From NCBI GenBank assembly GCA_042576845.1, contig JBHPEQ010000004.1:1131-65130 (forward strand): a stretch of 64,000 bases of DNA, written 5' to 3'. The notes under the pieces were generated by a model. It was not told the origin of the DNA, did no database searches, and was given only the letters and a program-made list of their open reading frames with translations. How positions within the stretch are numbered: position 1 is the stretch's first letter; each line of letters opens with the position of its first letter. This document shows, one piece after another, positions 53,245-62,559 of the stretch. A program made the position numbers and the translations under genes. The DNA comes from Planctomycetota bacterium (lineage in GTDB: Bacteria > Planctomycetota > Phycisphaerae > Sedimentisphaerales > Anaerobacaceae).

Positions 53245-53895
53245 ATGGTAATGCTATTGGGAAAAAAAGTTGGTATGACTCAGTATTATGACAAGACAGG
53301 CAGTTTATTGCCTGTTACCGTCATCCAGGCCGGCCCTTGTACCGTTATGCAGGTCAAGACGAGCGAAACAGACGGTTATAATGCTGTTCAGCTTGGTTTT
53401 GAAGAGGTCAAGTCCTCTCGCAGAAAAAAGGCGGAAATTGGACACGCCGCTGGAGCCAAAACGGTCCCGAAAAAATTTGTCAAAGAATTACGTTTGGCCA
53501 AGGATGTGGAAGCGGAATACAAGCGGGGAGATTCTTTGACGGTTTCAATTTTTGAGGCAATTGATTATGTTAATGTTACGGGTACAAGTAAGGGTAAAGG
53601 TTTTGCCGGTGTAATGAAACGTCATGGTTTCGGCGGTTTTCCAGGCTCGCACGGCACCAAGCGCAGGCACAGAGCTCCTGGTTCCATCGCCAGTCACGCC
53701 AGCGGTGCAGGCGGCGGCGGCGGGCCAAAGAAAGGCAAGAAGATGGCGGGTCACATGGGCCACATCCGGGTTACAAGCAGAAACCATCGTTTGTTGTCGA
53801 TGGATGAAGATAAATGTTTATTAGTGGTCAAGGGTTCTGTCCCCGGTCCTGCCGGTGGATATTGTATTATATGCAGCTCGAAGAGGCCCACTTAA
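53245..53895 (+). CDS. rplC: 50S ribosomal protein L3
   Basis: LLGKKVGMTQ...VTVIQAGPC...TSKGKGFAGVMKRHGF.G.PGSHG. Confidence 0.95.
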   Translation: MVMLLGKKVGMTQYYDKTGSLLPVTVIQAGPCTVMQVKTSETDGYNAVQLGFEEVKSSRRKKAEIGHAAGAKTVPKKFVKELRLAKDVEAEYKRGDSLTVSIFEAIDYVNVTGTSKGKGFAGVMKRHGFGGFPGSHGTKRRHRAPGSIASHASGAGGGGGPKKGKKMAGHMGHIRVTSRNHRLLSMDEDKCLLVVKGSVPGPAGGYCIICSSKRPT

Positions 53896-53915
53896 AGTAA
53901 AACGGGATTCTGAAG

Positions 53916-54551
53916 ATGATTGATTTGGCAGTTTACAATAAAGATGGGCAGGAAGTTGATAAGCTAAAGGTCGATGAGTCGGTTTTTGGCGGCACGGTGA
54001 GGTATCCTTTGCTTAAGCAGGCAATAGTAATGCACCATGCAAACAGGCGGGTCGGCACAGCTACAACCAAGAGCAGGAGCATGGTTTCCGGCTCCGGTAG
54101 AAAGCTGTTCAGACAAAAAGGTACGGGTTTTGCACGTGCGGGCAACAGCAGGACCGGCAAACGTGTCGGTGGCGGCGTTACCTTTGCTAAAGTTCCCAGG
54201 GACTTCAGCAAACGGATGCCAAAGAAACAAAGAAGACTGGCTATCGGTTCGGCAATCCTGGCAAAATTACTGAACGACAAAGTAACGGTCGTGGATGAGC
54301 TTGCATTTGAGAAGCCAAACACGCGGGATTTTGTAAAGGCGATGGGAAAGTTGAAGATTGAGCGTAGTTGTCTTGTAACGCTGAGTGATTATGATGACAA
54401 TGTTTATAAATCAGCCAGAAATGTTCCCGGAGTGGCTGTTTTGCCAGTGGCTGATTTGAACGTTGCCGAGGTCTGCAGGCGGAGGAAAATGTTATTTACC
54501 CGGGAAGCCTTTATGGCGCTTTTGAATAAAGCTAAGACAGATAATGTTTAG
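53916..54551 (+). CDS. rplD: 50S ribosomal protein L4
   Basis: Operon position plus the block GSGRKLFRQKGTGFARAGNSR. Confidence 0.95.
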   Translation: MIDLAVYNKDGQEVDKLKVDESVFGGTVRYPLLKQAIVMHHANRRVGTATTKSRSMVSGSGRKLFRQKGTGFARAGNSRTGKRVGGGVTFAKVPRDFSKRMPKKQRRLAIGSAILAKLLNDKVTVVDELAFEKPNTRDFVKAMGKLKIERSCLVTLSDYDDNVYKSARNVPGVAVLPVADLNVAEVCRRRKMLFTREAFMALLNKAKTDNV

Positions 54552-54562
54552 TAACAGATATA

Positions 54563-54841
54563 ATGGATAATTACAGCATAATAATTCGGCCTTTGATTAC
54601 TGAACAGGGCATACACTTTGCCAATACGAAAGGCACTTACTCTTTTGAAGTAAACCCTGCAGCGAATAAAGTACAGGTAAGAGATGCCGTGGAGAAGCTT
54701 TATGGTGTAAAAGTAGTGAAGGTACGAACGGCCAACAGAAGAGGCAAGCGTCGTCGGCGGGGCAAGATATCTGGTATGACATCGAATTGGAAAAAGGCCG
54801 TCGTTTATCTGGGGCCTGACGACCATATAGATTTATTCTGA
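54563..54841 (+). CDS. rplW: 50S ribosomal protein L23
   Basis: IIRPLITEQG...F.V...ANK.QVRDAVEKLYGVKV.KV.T. Confidence 0.95.
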   Translation: MDNYSIIIRPLITEQGIHFANTKGTYSFEVNPAANKVQVRDAVEKLYGVKVVKVRTANRRGKRRRRGKISGMTSNWKKAVVYLGPDDHIDLF

Positions 54842-54876
54842 ACTGTTATGATAAAATTGTAAACGAGATATAGCTT

Positions 54877-55728
54877 ATGGGTATAAAAATTTATAAACCA
54901 ACAACACCGGGGCGTCGTAACAGCTCGGTCAATGATTATGCCGAGATTACGACGGACAAGCCCGAGAAGAGTCTTTGCAGGCGGATTAATAAAACCGGGG
55001 GCAGAAATCATCACGGTGTTACGACCTGCCGTTTTAGAGGGGGCGGGGCCCGCAAGATATACCGTTTAATAGATTTCAAGCGTAACAAAGATGATATACC
55101 GGCAAAAGTGGCGACAATAGAGCGCGACCCTAACAGGAATTGTTTTATAGCATTGCTTCACTATGCTGACGGTGAGAAGAGATATATCCTGGCTCCTTTT
55201 GGTTTGGAGGTTGGAGATAAAGTCATTAGCGGTCCGTCTTCTGAGCCCCGGATTGGCAATGCGTTACCGCTGGCAAGAATACCCAGCGGCCTGGCAGTTC
55301 ATAATATTGAAATGACAGCGGGTCAGGGGGGGAAACTTGCCCGGGGAGCGGGGGCCTCTGCAAGGATTGTGGCCAAAGAGGGTAATTGGGTCACAATTGT
55401 TTTACCGAGTGGTGAGATGCGAATGGTTCGTAAGGAGTGTCGTGCAACAATTGGACAATTAAGCAACCCCGACCATCAGAATATTAAAATCGGCAAGGCA
55501 GGTCGAAAGCGCCATATGGGTCGAAGACCGCACGTAAGGGGAAAAGCTCAAAATCCGGCATCACATCCGATGGGCGGTGGGGAAGGACGGTCAAACGGTG
55601 GAAGGCATCCTTGCTCACCGACTGGGGTGTTGGCGAAGGGCGGAAAAACTAGAAACCCCAGAAAGATAAGTAATAACAGGATTATAAGACGGAGAAAGAA
55701 TAAAAGACAAGGCCAGCTGGTTCTGTAA
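54877..55728 (+). CDS. rplB: 50S ribosomal protein L2
   Basis: [29 protein letters not shown] and NP.DHP.GGGEGR. Confidence 0.97.
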   Translation: MGIKIYKPTTPGRRNSSVNDYAEITTDKPEKSLCRRINKTGGRNHHGVTTCRFRGGGARKIYRLIDFKRNKDDIPAKVATIERDPNRNCFIALLHYADGEKRYILAPFGLEVGDKVISGPSSEPRIGNALPLARIPSGLAVHNIEMTAGQGGKLARGAGASARIVAKEGNWVTIVLPSGEMRMVRKECRATIGQLSNPDHQNIKIGKAGRKRHMGRRPHVRGKAQNPASHPMGGGEGRSNGGRHPCSPTGVLAKGGKTRNPRKISNNRIIRRRKNKRQGQLVL

Positions 55729-55755
55729 TAAAATTGGGTTAAGTGAGAAATGTGT

Positions 55756-56025
55756 ATGGGAAGATCGCTGAAAAAAGGGCCGTATGTTGATGAAAAATTA
55801 TTCGACAAGGTGCAAAGGCAAACTAAAGATGGGACGTATGAGACAATGAAGACGTGGGCTAGGAGATGTACGATAATTCCTGAGTTTGTCGGGTTTACTT
55901 TTATGGTGCATAACGGAAAGATGTTTCATAAAGTCTTGATCACAGAGGATATGGTTGGGCATAAACTCGGGGAATTTTCGCCTACAAGGACTTTCAAGAC
56001 GCATTCGAGCAGAAAGATGGAATAG
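55756..56025 (+). CDS. rpsS: 30S ribosomal protein S19
   Basis: [12 protein letters not shown]...[25 protein letters not shown]. The track start at 55750 is two codons upstream. Confidence 0.95.
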   Translation: MGRSLKKGPYVDEKLFDKVQRQTKDGTYETMKTWARRCTIIPEFVGFTFMVHNGKMFHKVLITEDMVGHKLGEFSPTRTFKTHSSRKME

Positions 56026-56051
56026 AAGATATCTGTTTAGGTTTGAGATTT

Positions 56052-56603
56052 ATGATTTTAAGTGCTGAAAAACTAAGAAAAGTTTGCAAACAGCAAAATA
56101 TCAACGTTGCACAATTAGCCGAGCATCTTGTAAGGAGCGGGCTGAACTCGAAAAAGGCGATTTCCGCTGTTAAGAACTGGCAGAAAGGTCTGTTGAGACC
56201 TATACCTCGAAAAGAGGACATACGCAGATTGGCGACAGCATTGTCAGTGAACGTAAATGATTTGGTCATCTGGCGTTCGTCGTATCGCTATGCTCCTATA
56301 TCAGCGTCTAAAGCTCGGCTGGTTACGCAGTTAATAGTTGACAGGGGTATTCAGGACGCAATGGACATCCTGAAGTTCACAAGGAAAAGAGCTGCAACGA
56401 TGGTTGACAAGATTCTTAAATGTGCTGTTGCCGATGCTGACGAACAGCAGGCGGATATTGATAATCTTTACGTAAGAGAAGCGTACGCCGAGGATGCCGG
56501 AGTTCGTATTGGTACTAAGCGATGGATGCCGAAAGACAGAGGCAGAGCGCATCCTATTTCCAAAAAGGCCTCACATATATATGTAGCCGTATCTGAGGCT
56601 TGA
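56052..56603 (+). CDS. rplV: 50S ribosomal protein L22 with a roughly 75-aa XRE-HTH-like N-terminal extension
   Basis: The L22 core starts near YRYAPISASKARLVTQLI...RAHPISKKASHIYV. The upstream in-frame segment NVAQLAEHL...KKAISAVKNWQKG...IRRLATALSVNVNDL looks like a helix-turn-helix. There is no internal ATG before the core. Confidence 0.85.
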   Translation: MILSAEKLRKVCKQQNINVAQLAEHLVRSGLNSKKAISAVKNWQKGLLRPIPRKEDIRRLATALSVNVNDLVIWRSSYRYAPISASKARLVTQLIVDRGIQDAMDILKFTRKRAATMVDKILKCAVADADEQQADIDNLYVREAYAEDAGVRIGTKRWMPKDRGRAHPISKKASHIYVAVSEA

Positions 56604-56622
56604 AACGAAATACGAGATAGTT

Positions 56623-57414
56623 ATGGGTCAAAAAGTATCACCAATAGGTTTTAGAACGGGAATAAGACTTGACTGGCAGAGCAATTGGTTTGCTGTCAAG
56701 GCCGACTATGGTGATTTGCTTGTCGAAGACCAGCAAATTCGCCGGCTTGTTGATAGAAAATACAACCGTCAGATGCCAAAAGGTGCGGTAGCGAAAGTTG
56801 AGATAATCAGGACTCGCAATGAGATTAAAGTAACTCTGCACAGCGGTCGCCCCGGAGTAGTCATCGGCCCCCGAGGTGGAGAGGTTGATAACCTTCGTCT
56901 GGAGCTGGAAGAACTGACGGGAAGAAAAGTCGACATAAATGTTACCGAGATTAGAGACCCTGAACTAAATGCCACCATAGTGGCTGAAGCAATAGCAGAA
57001 CAGCTTGCCAAGCGTGCGTCCTTCAGACGAACAATGAAGCAGCATTGCGAAAGTTCGATGAATTCCGGTGCGAAGGGAGTTAAGATTATTTGCTCCGGTC
57101 GATTGGGCGGTGCGGAAATGGCACGTCGTGAGACTCAGATGCTCGGCAGCATACCGCTGCACACGCTGGATGCAAATGTTGATTACGCATTGGCGACATC
57201 CAAAACAACATACGGAACAATCGGAGTTAAAGTCTGGATTTACAAAGGTAAATTCGGCGAAGAGCCAGAACCGAGCCATCATCGAAAACGGCGTCCGCCA
57301 AAACGCGACAGTGTACAACGAAAACCTAATGTCGGGATTAACAGGAAATCGACAAAGGATACGAGTGCTAAAGCGGACGGCGGGAAAAGCAAGGCAGAAA
57401 AGAAAAAACAGTAA
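56623..57414 (+). CDS. rpsC: 30S ribosomal protein S3 with basic C-terminal tail
   Basis: MGQKVSPIGFR, the KH-domain block and GRLGGAEMAR.E. The C-terminal tail is Lys/Arg-rich. Confidence 0.97.
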   Translation: MGQKVSPIGFRTGIRLDWQSNWFAVKADYGDLLVEDQQIRRLVDRKYNRQMPKGAVAKVEIIRTRNEIKVTLHSGRPGVVIGPRGGEVDNLRLELEELTGRKVDINVTEIRDPELNATIVAEAIAEQLAKRASFRRTMKQHCESSMNSGAKGVKIICSGRLGGAEMARRETQMLGSIPLHTLDANVDYALATSKTTYGTIGVKVWIYKGKFGEEPEPSHHRKRRPPKRDSVQRKPNVGINRKSTKDTSAKADGGKSKAEKKKQ

Positions 57415-57471
57415 TATTGTATGGTATTAGCGGATAATCGCTTTAAGAATTTTAGCTGAGGTTGTGAAAAA

Positions 57472-57891
57472 ATGGCATTAATGCCGAAAAGAGTTAAATA
57501 TCGCAAAAGCCAGCGAGGCAAGATGAAAGGTCATGCGACTCGCTGTAATTTTGTAGCTTTTGGTGATTATGGCTTGCAATCTCTGGATACGGCCTGGGTA
57601 ACAGCAAGGCAAATAGAAGCCGGCCGGGTTTCAGCATCCCATTTCCTTCATGGCGATGGAAAGGTTTACATTAGATTGTTTCCACATAAGCCGGTAAGCG
57701 CTAAACCTCTGGAAACGAGGATGGGTAAAGGTAAAGGTGAAACGGATGCCTGGGTTGCCAGTGTTCTTCCGGGGATGGTTATGTTTGAAATTGGCGGAGT
57801 AGGTGAGGATGTGGCAAAGCAGGCGCTGGTTAGAGTCGCACATAAGATGCCGATAAGATGCAGATTCGTTCAAAGGAGACATTCGCTTTAA
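57472..57891 (+). CDS. rplP: 50S ribosomal protein L16
   Basis: MPKRVKYRKSQRG...LETRMGKGKG..D.WVA.V.PG. Confidence 0.97.
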   Translation: MALMPKRVKYRKSQRGKMKGHATRCNFVAFGDYGLQSLDTAWVTARQIEAGRVSASHFLHGDGKVYIRLFPHKPVSAKPLETRMGKGKGETDAWVASVLPGMVMFEIGGVGEDVAKQALVRVAHKMPIRCRFVQRRHSL

Positions 57892-57905
57892 AAAGGTCAA
57901 TTAGT

Positions 57906-58091
57906 ATGAAAGCACAGCATTATCGCGAGATTAGTACGGACGAGCTTGATTTGAAGCTTGAAGAGCTTCAAAAACATTTGTTTGACTTGCGCTCTCAGGC
58001 GGTAACTGAGAAGCTGGAGAACTCAAAAGCCGTAATTAACACCAGGCGTGATATTGCCAGGATTAAGACGATAATTCGAGAAAGGAAGTAA
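57906..58091 (+). CDS. rpmC: 50S ribosomal protein L29
   Basis: The internal ATG at 57906 gives a 61-aa protein with [16 protein letters not shown]. The track ORF start at 57858 overlaps rplP. Confidence 0.9.
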   Translation: MKAQHYREISTDELDLKLEELQKHLFDLRSQAVTEKLENSKAVINTRRDIARIKTIIRERK

Positions 58092-58129
58092 TATTTCGTC
58101 GATTTTTTCGGCGAAAAAGAATCTTGAAA

Positions 58130-58390
58130 ATGCAGGAACAAAAGACCAAAACTCAAACGGGCTTAGTTGTAAGCAACAGCGGCAACAAAAGTATCAGGGT
58201 AGTAATTGACCGTATGGTCAAACATCCGAAGTACGGCAAGTATATAAGGCGCCGCAGTAAACTGGCTGTTCACGATGAACATAACCAGGCGGCGGCAGGT
58301 GATGTCGTTGAAATTGCCGAGTGCAGCCCTTACAGCAAAACCAAAAGCTGGCGTCTTGTGAAGGTTTTGAAAAGTGCGGTTAAGGAATAA
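58130..58390 (+). CDS. rpsQ: 30S ribosomal protein S17
   Basis: G.VVS....[27 protein letters not shown]....GD.V.I.ECSP.SK.K.WRL. Confidence 0.95.
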   Translation: MQEQKTKTQTGLVVSNSGNKSIRVVIDRMVKHPKYGKYIRRRSKLAVHDEHNQAAAGDVVEIAECSPYSKTKSWRLVKVLKSAVKE

Positions 58391-58426
58391 TAGAGCAGAG
58401 CACCCCAAGTATATGAGATATACGTA

Positions 58427-58813
58427 ATGATTCAGCAGGAAACAAGATTGAATATAGCTGACAATTCCGGAGTTAAGCTGGTATTGTGTATTAAGGTCCT
58501 CAAGAAAGGCGGTTCTCGCGGCAAGTATACCAGGCCGACCGCTTCAGTAGGGGATATTATTACTGTCGCAATAAAGAAGGCCATTCCGACTTGTCAGCTT
58601 GACGATAAAAAAGTTCATAAATGCGTTATTATTCGGACGAAGAATCCTGTCAAACGACCGGACGGCAGTTACGTCAGATTTGATAATAATGCTGCAGTAA
58701 TGATTGATAACGACGGCAATCCGATAGGAACAAGGATTTTCGGTGCTGTTGCCCGTGAGCTTCGTGAAAAGAACTATATGAAAATTATTTCACTTGCGAG
58801 TGAGGTTGTTTAA
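58427..58813 (+). CDS. rplN: 50S ribosomal protein L14
   Basis: [15 protein letters not shown]...[14 protein letters not shown]...[16 protein letters not shown]. Confidence 0.97.
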   Translation: MIQQETRLNIADNSGVKLVLCIKVLKKGGSRGKYTRPTASVGDIITVAIKKAIPTCQLDDKKVHKCVIIRTKNPVKRPDGSYVRFDNNAAVMIDNDGNPIGTRIFGAVARELREKNYMKIISLASEVV

Positions 58814-58861
58814 GTCGAATTTTATTTTTGAAAAAATAACACAGGATACCAGGTAACGAAA

Positions 58862-59194
58862 GTGGCTTTGCATATAAAAAAAGGTGATATGGTCAAGATT
58901 GTAGCCGGTGAGCATAAAGGCGCTACTGGTAAAGTTCTGCACGTGTATCCGAAGAAAAACAAAGTGATTGTTCAGGGTCATAATATAGCCAAAAAGCACG
59001 TTCGTCCTTCCCGCAGGAACCCGCAGGGAGGCCGGATTGACGTTGAACAGCCGATTGCTATAAGTAATGTGCTGCCGATAAATCCGAAAAGTTCAAGAGC
59101 AACCAGGGTCCGTTATAAGACAGGTGCGGACGGCAGTAAAAAAAGAGTTGCTGTTGACGGCAGTGAAATTGGAACAGTTAAAAAAGCAAAATAG
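58862..59194 (+). CDS. rplX: 50S ribosomal protein L24
   Basis: GTG start. KKGDMVKIVAGEHKG.TGKVL.V (KOW motif). Confidence 0.95.
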   Translation: MALHIKKGDMVKIVAGEHKGATGKVLHVYPKKNKVIVQGHNIAKKHVRPSRRNPQGGRIDVEQPIAISNVLPINPKSSRATRVRYKTGADGSKKRVAVDGSEIGTVKKAK

Positions 59195-59248
59195 TTATCT
59201 TAAGTTGTATCTCGAACGGATTACCGAATACAGATTGTGAGATTTAAC

Positions 59249-59806
59249 ATGGCACGTTTGAAAGATTTATACAACTCGGGAATAGTTCCGGAATTAACCA
59301 AAGAATTTGGTTATAAAAATCCTATGGCTGTTCCGAAAGTTGAGAAAGTTGTTGCTGCTATGGGAGTGGGTCGGGCTCTGGATGACAAAAAGAGTCTGGG
59401 ACTGGCTAAAGATAACCTGACGATGATAACAGGCCAGATGCCTGTAGTCTGCAAGGCGAAAAAGAGTGTCTCTAATTTCAAACTGCGCCAGGGTGACGAA
59501 ATTGGTTTGAAGGTTACTCTCCGTGGCAAGAGAATGTACGAGTTTATGGACCGGGTTATTAACCTTGCAATACCTCGCGTGAGGGATTTTCGTGGATTGA
59601 ATCCAAAAAGTTTTGACGGCCGAGGTAACTATTCGCTGGGTCTTACAGAACAAAGTGTCTTCCCTGAGATTGACCCAGCCAAGATTGAGTTTCAACAAGG
59701 TATGAACATAACGTTTGTAACTACTGCAGACAGTAATGCCGAGGCAAAAAAGATGTTATCTCTTTTTGGCATGCCGTTCAGAGACATGCCGAAGGACAAT
59801 GAATAG
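59249..59806 (+). CDS. rplE: 50S ribosomal protein L5
   Basis: MARLKDLY...NPMAVPKVEKVV..MGVG...VTLRGKRMYEF.DR.I..A.PRVRDFRG. Confidence 0.95.
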   Translation: MARLKDLYNSGIVPELTKEFGYKNPMAVPKVEKVVAAMGVGRALDDKKSLGLAKDNLTMITGQMPVVCKAKKSVSNFKLRQGDEIGLKVTLRGKRMYEFMDRVINLAIPRVRDFRGLNPKSFDGRGNYSLGLTEQSVFPEIDPAKIEFQQGMNITFVTTADSNAEAKKMLSLFGMPFRDMPKDNE

Positions 59807-59854
59807 TATCTGTTTTTTGTTTCCATTAAGGCGGAATTAATTTGGAGTATTTGA

Positions 59855-60040
59855 ATGTCAACTAAAGCATTGGAAAACAAAGCAGCAAAGAAGCAGAAAT
59901 TTCGTGTCAGGCAGTATACGCGCTGCCAGCTTTGTGGAAGAGCCAGAGCTGTTTATAGTAAATTTAAGATTTGCAGGATTTGTTTCAGGACTTTGGCAAA
60001 CGAAGGGAAGATACCCGGAGTGAAAAAAGCCAGTTGGTAA
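59855..60040 (+). CDS. rpsZ: 30S ribosomal protein S14, zinc-binding (type Z) form
   Basis: 61 aa with CxxC...CxxC ([10 protein letters not shown]...CRICFR). Confidence 0.95.
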   Translation: MSTKALENKAAKKQKFRVRQYTRCQLCGRARAVYSKFKICRICFRTLANEGKIPGVKKASW

Positions 60041-60133
60041 TAGTTTTAGGTGTGTTTTGGCGGCTTTCCGACGAGATTCGTAAGAAGCCCTAAGAAAACA
60101 AAAAAAGAAAGTAAGAAATTCGAGAAGCAAAAT

Positions 60134-60532
60134 ATGAGTTTAAGCGACCCAATAGCTGATATGCTTACGAGGATTCGCAACGCCGTGCGAGCGAATAAAG
60201 AGCAGGTTAATGTTAAAGGATCGAATATCTGCGAGGGTATCGCTTCTGTGTTGAAAAAGCAGGGCTACATAGCAGATTGCGACCGGATAGATGATGCCAA
60301 ACAGGGGATATTGCGGATTGAACTGAAGTATGACCAGGACGGTCGTGCTGTTATCGAAGAGATAAAAAGAGTAAGCAAGCCGGGGCGGAGAATATATTCG
60401 TCGGTTGACGATTTGCCTTACGTTTTGAAAGGCCTCGGAATAGCTGTTGTTTCAACGAGTAAAGGAGTAATGAGTGATAACGAATGTCGTCAGAATAATA
60501 TTGGCGGCGAAATACTTTGTACGGTGAGCTGA
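60134..60532 (+). CDS. rpsH: 30S ribosomal protein S8
   Basis: The internal ATG at 60134 gives MSLSDPIADMLTRIRNA, the canonical S8 N-terminus. Confidence 0.95.
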   Translation: MSLSDPIADMLTRIRNAVRANKEQVNVKGSNICEGIASVLKKQGYIADCDRIDDAKQGILRIELKYDQDGRAVIEEIKRVSKPGRRIYSSVDDLPYVLKGLGIAVVSTSKGVMSDNECRQNNIGGEILCTVS

Positions 60533-61116
60533 TGAGTCGTATTGGAAAAAAACCTGTACCTATTCCTAAAGGAGTAAAAATTGAGCGGAAAGGGCTGTGT
60601 ATTAAAGCTTCAGGTCCGCTCGGCTCCTTGGAAATGAACTGTCACCCGGCAATAAAAGTCGAAGTCGATGACCGTGAAGGTTTGGTTGTGGTTAAAAACG
60701 AACAACCCCAGCTTCGCCGGAACAAGCAGTTACACGGAACAATGCGGTCTCTGATTGCCAATATGGTTACCGGTGTCAGCAAGGGTTTTGAAAAGAAAAT
60801 GGAAATATATGGCACGGGTTACAACGTTAAAGAAGAGGGCGGGAAACTGTTTCTTCAGGTTGGTTTTTCACATCCTGCGAAACTTCCTATACCAAAGGGT
60901 ATTACAATAAAGATAAATGTTGGTGCAACAAGGGGCGACGAAGTTCCAGCAAAGTTTACCCTTTCGTCACTGGATAAACAGGTTCTTGGTCAGTTTGCCG
61001 CTGTTATCAGAAAGGTAAGGCCGCCGGAACCCTATAAGGGAAAGGGTATCCGTTATGCTGATGAACATATAAGGCGCAAGGCGGGCAAGGCATTTGCTGC
61101 AGGAGCAATAGCATAA
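60532..61116 (+). CDS. rplF: 50S ribosomal protein L6
   Basis: MSRIGKKPV.IPKGV. Its ATG overlaps the rpsH stop by 1 nt (TGATG). Confidence 0.95.
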   Translation: MSRIGKKPVPIPKGVKIERKGLCIKASGPLGSLEMNCHPAIKVEVDDREGLVVVKNEQPQLRRNKQLHGTMRSLIANMVTGVSKGFEKKMEIYGTGYNVKEEGGKLFLQVGFSHPAKLPIPKGITIKINVGATRGDEVPAKFTLSSLDKQVLGQFAAVIRKVRPPEPYKGKGIRYADEHIRRKAGKAFAAGAIA

Positions 61117-61132
61117 TTGGAATTGAGTTTTT

Positions 61133-61498
61133 ATGAGTACAGAAAAATTAAGAAAAGCAGCTTTCAGACGTAAATACCACGTACGGGAAAAGGTTTTTGG
61201 TACACCTGAAAGACCGAGATTGTCTGTATTTCGTTCCAACAGGCATATTTACGCCCAGGTGATTGACGACATCGCAGGCGTTACGCTGATTTCGGCGAGC
61301 ACAAGAGCGAAGTCGCTGCGTGAGAAATTATCGAAAAGTAATAACATAAAGACAGCCAAGCTGGTAGGCCAGACAGTGGCGAAACAGGCGCTGCAGGTTG
61401 GTATTAAATGTGTTCGGTTTGACAGGAATCGTTATAAATATCATGGCAGGGTAAAAGCTCTTGCCGAGGCAGCGAGAGAAGCCGGATTGGTTTTTTAA
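61133..61498 (+). CDS. rplR: 50S ribosomal protein L18
   Basis: [19 protein letters not shown] and RF.DR....[18 protein letters not shown]. Confidence 0.95.
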   Translation: MSTEKLRKAAFRRKYHVREKVFGTPERPRLSVFRSNRHIYAQVIDDIAGVTLISASTRAKSLREKLSKSNNIKTAKLVGQTVAKQALQVGIKCVRFDRNRYKYHGRVKALAEAAREAGLVF

Positions 61499-61528
61499 AG
61501 ATAAGAATGTAAAGTCTGGAGAATAAAG

Positions 61529-62047
61529 TTGGTTCAAGAAGCTGTTACAATAGGTGGTCAGGAAGAAAAACCGCTTGAGGAAAAGACGGTAAAGATATAC
61601 CGCTGTGCCAAGGTCGTCAAAGGCGGCCGTAGGTTCAGTTTTGCAGCTTTGGTCGTGGTAGGAGACCGTGCAGGTACAGTTGGTATCGGTTACGGCAAGG
61701 CCAATGAGGTTCCTCTTGCGGTTGAAAAAGGTTTGAAAGATGCCAGGAAATCGTTAAACCAGATAGCTTTGTCTGAACGGACAATACCCCATAAAATTAT
61801 TGGCAGAAGCGAGTCTACGAGGATAACTCTTGTACCTGCCAGTCCCGGTACAGGTGTTATCGCCGGCTCCAGTGCTCGTGCGGTTCTCGAATTGGCAGGT
61901 GTTCAGGACGTCCTTACCAAAGTTTATAATAGTACGTGTGCCAAAAATGTTGTTAAAGCTACACTTGATGGATTGTTGAGGTTGCGCACCAAAGAAATGG
62001 TCGAATCTCTTCGTGGAGTAAGTATCGAGACTGTTAACAAGCGGTAA
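61529..62047 (+). CDS. rpsE: 30S ribosomal protein S5
   Basis: R.AKVVKGGRRFSF.ALVVVGD..G.VG.GYGKA.EVP.A..K and PA.PGTG.IAG. Non-ATG (TTG) start. Confidence 0.95.
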   Translation: MVQEAVTIGGQEEKPLEEKTVKIYRCAKVVKGGRRFSFAALVVVGDRAGTVGIGYGKANEVPLAVEKGLKDARKSLNQIALSERTIPHKIIGRSESTRITLVPASPGTGVIAGSSARAVLELAGVQDVLTKVYNSTCAKNVVKATLDGLLRLRTKEMVESLRGVSIETVNKR

Positions 62048-62063
62048 AAGGTGGATGATTGAA

Positions 62064-62504
62064 ATGTTGAATCACGAAATAACTTCCGAAGCTGGCAAAC
62101 ATAAATCCCGTCGTCGATGTGGCAGAGGCCTGGGCAGCGGCCGAGGTAAGACCTGCGGCCGGGGCTACAATGGCAGTAGAAGTAGAGCCGGAGCCACTAT
62201 GAAATCGCTTTATGAAGGTGGACAGATGCCTCTGTTTCGAAGATTGCCGAAGCGCGGCTTTAATAATAGATTCGCAGCAAGGTACGAAATTATTAATGTC
62301 TCACAATTGGAAAGATTTGAAGAAGGTCAGGATATCGGTCTTGAACAGCTATCTGATTCCGGTTTAATTTCGGATGTTAAAAGCAGGGTGAAGATTTTAG
62401 GCGACGGCGACCTGACAAAAAACCTTCATATCGAAGCTCACAAGTTCAGCAAAACGGCTGAACAGAAAATTACGGCTTCAGGCGGAACGGTGAAGGTGCT
62501 GTAA
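62064..62504 (+). CDS. rplO: 50S ribosomal protein L15
   Basis: MLNHEI...RRCGRGLGSGRGKTCGRG..G. The ATG at 62064 has better SD spacing than the track start at 62055. No rpmD (L30) lies between rpsE and rplO. Confidence 0.93.
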   Translation: MLNHEITSEAGKHKSRRRCGRGLGSGRGKTCGRGYNGSRSRAGATMKSLYEGGQMPLFRRLPKRGFNNRFAARYEIINVSQLERFEEGQDIGLEQLSDSGLISDVKSRVKILGDGDLTKNLHIEAHKFSKTAEQKITASGGTVKVL

Positions 62505-62559
62505 ATAACGTTTTTATTTATCGAGTGAAAAATAGCTGGAGATAGTATTTTAATTTTGG

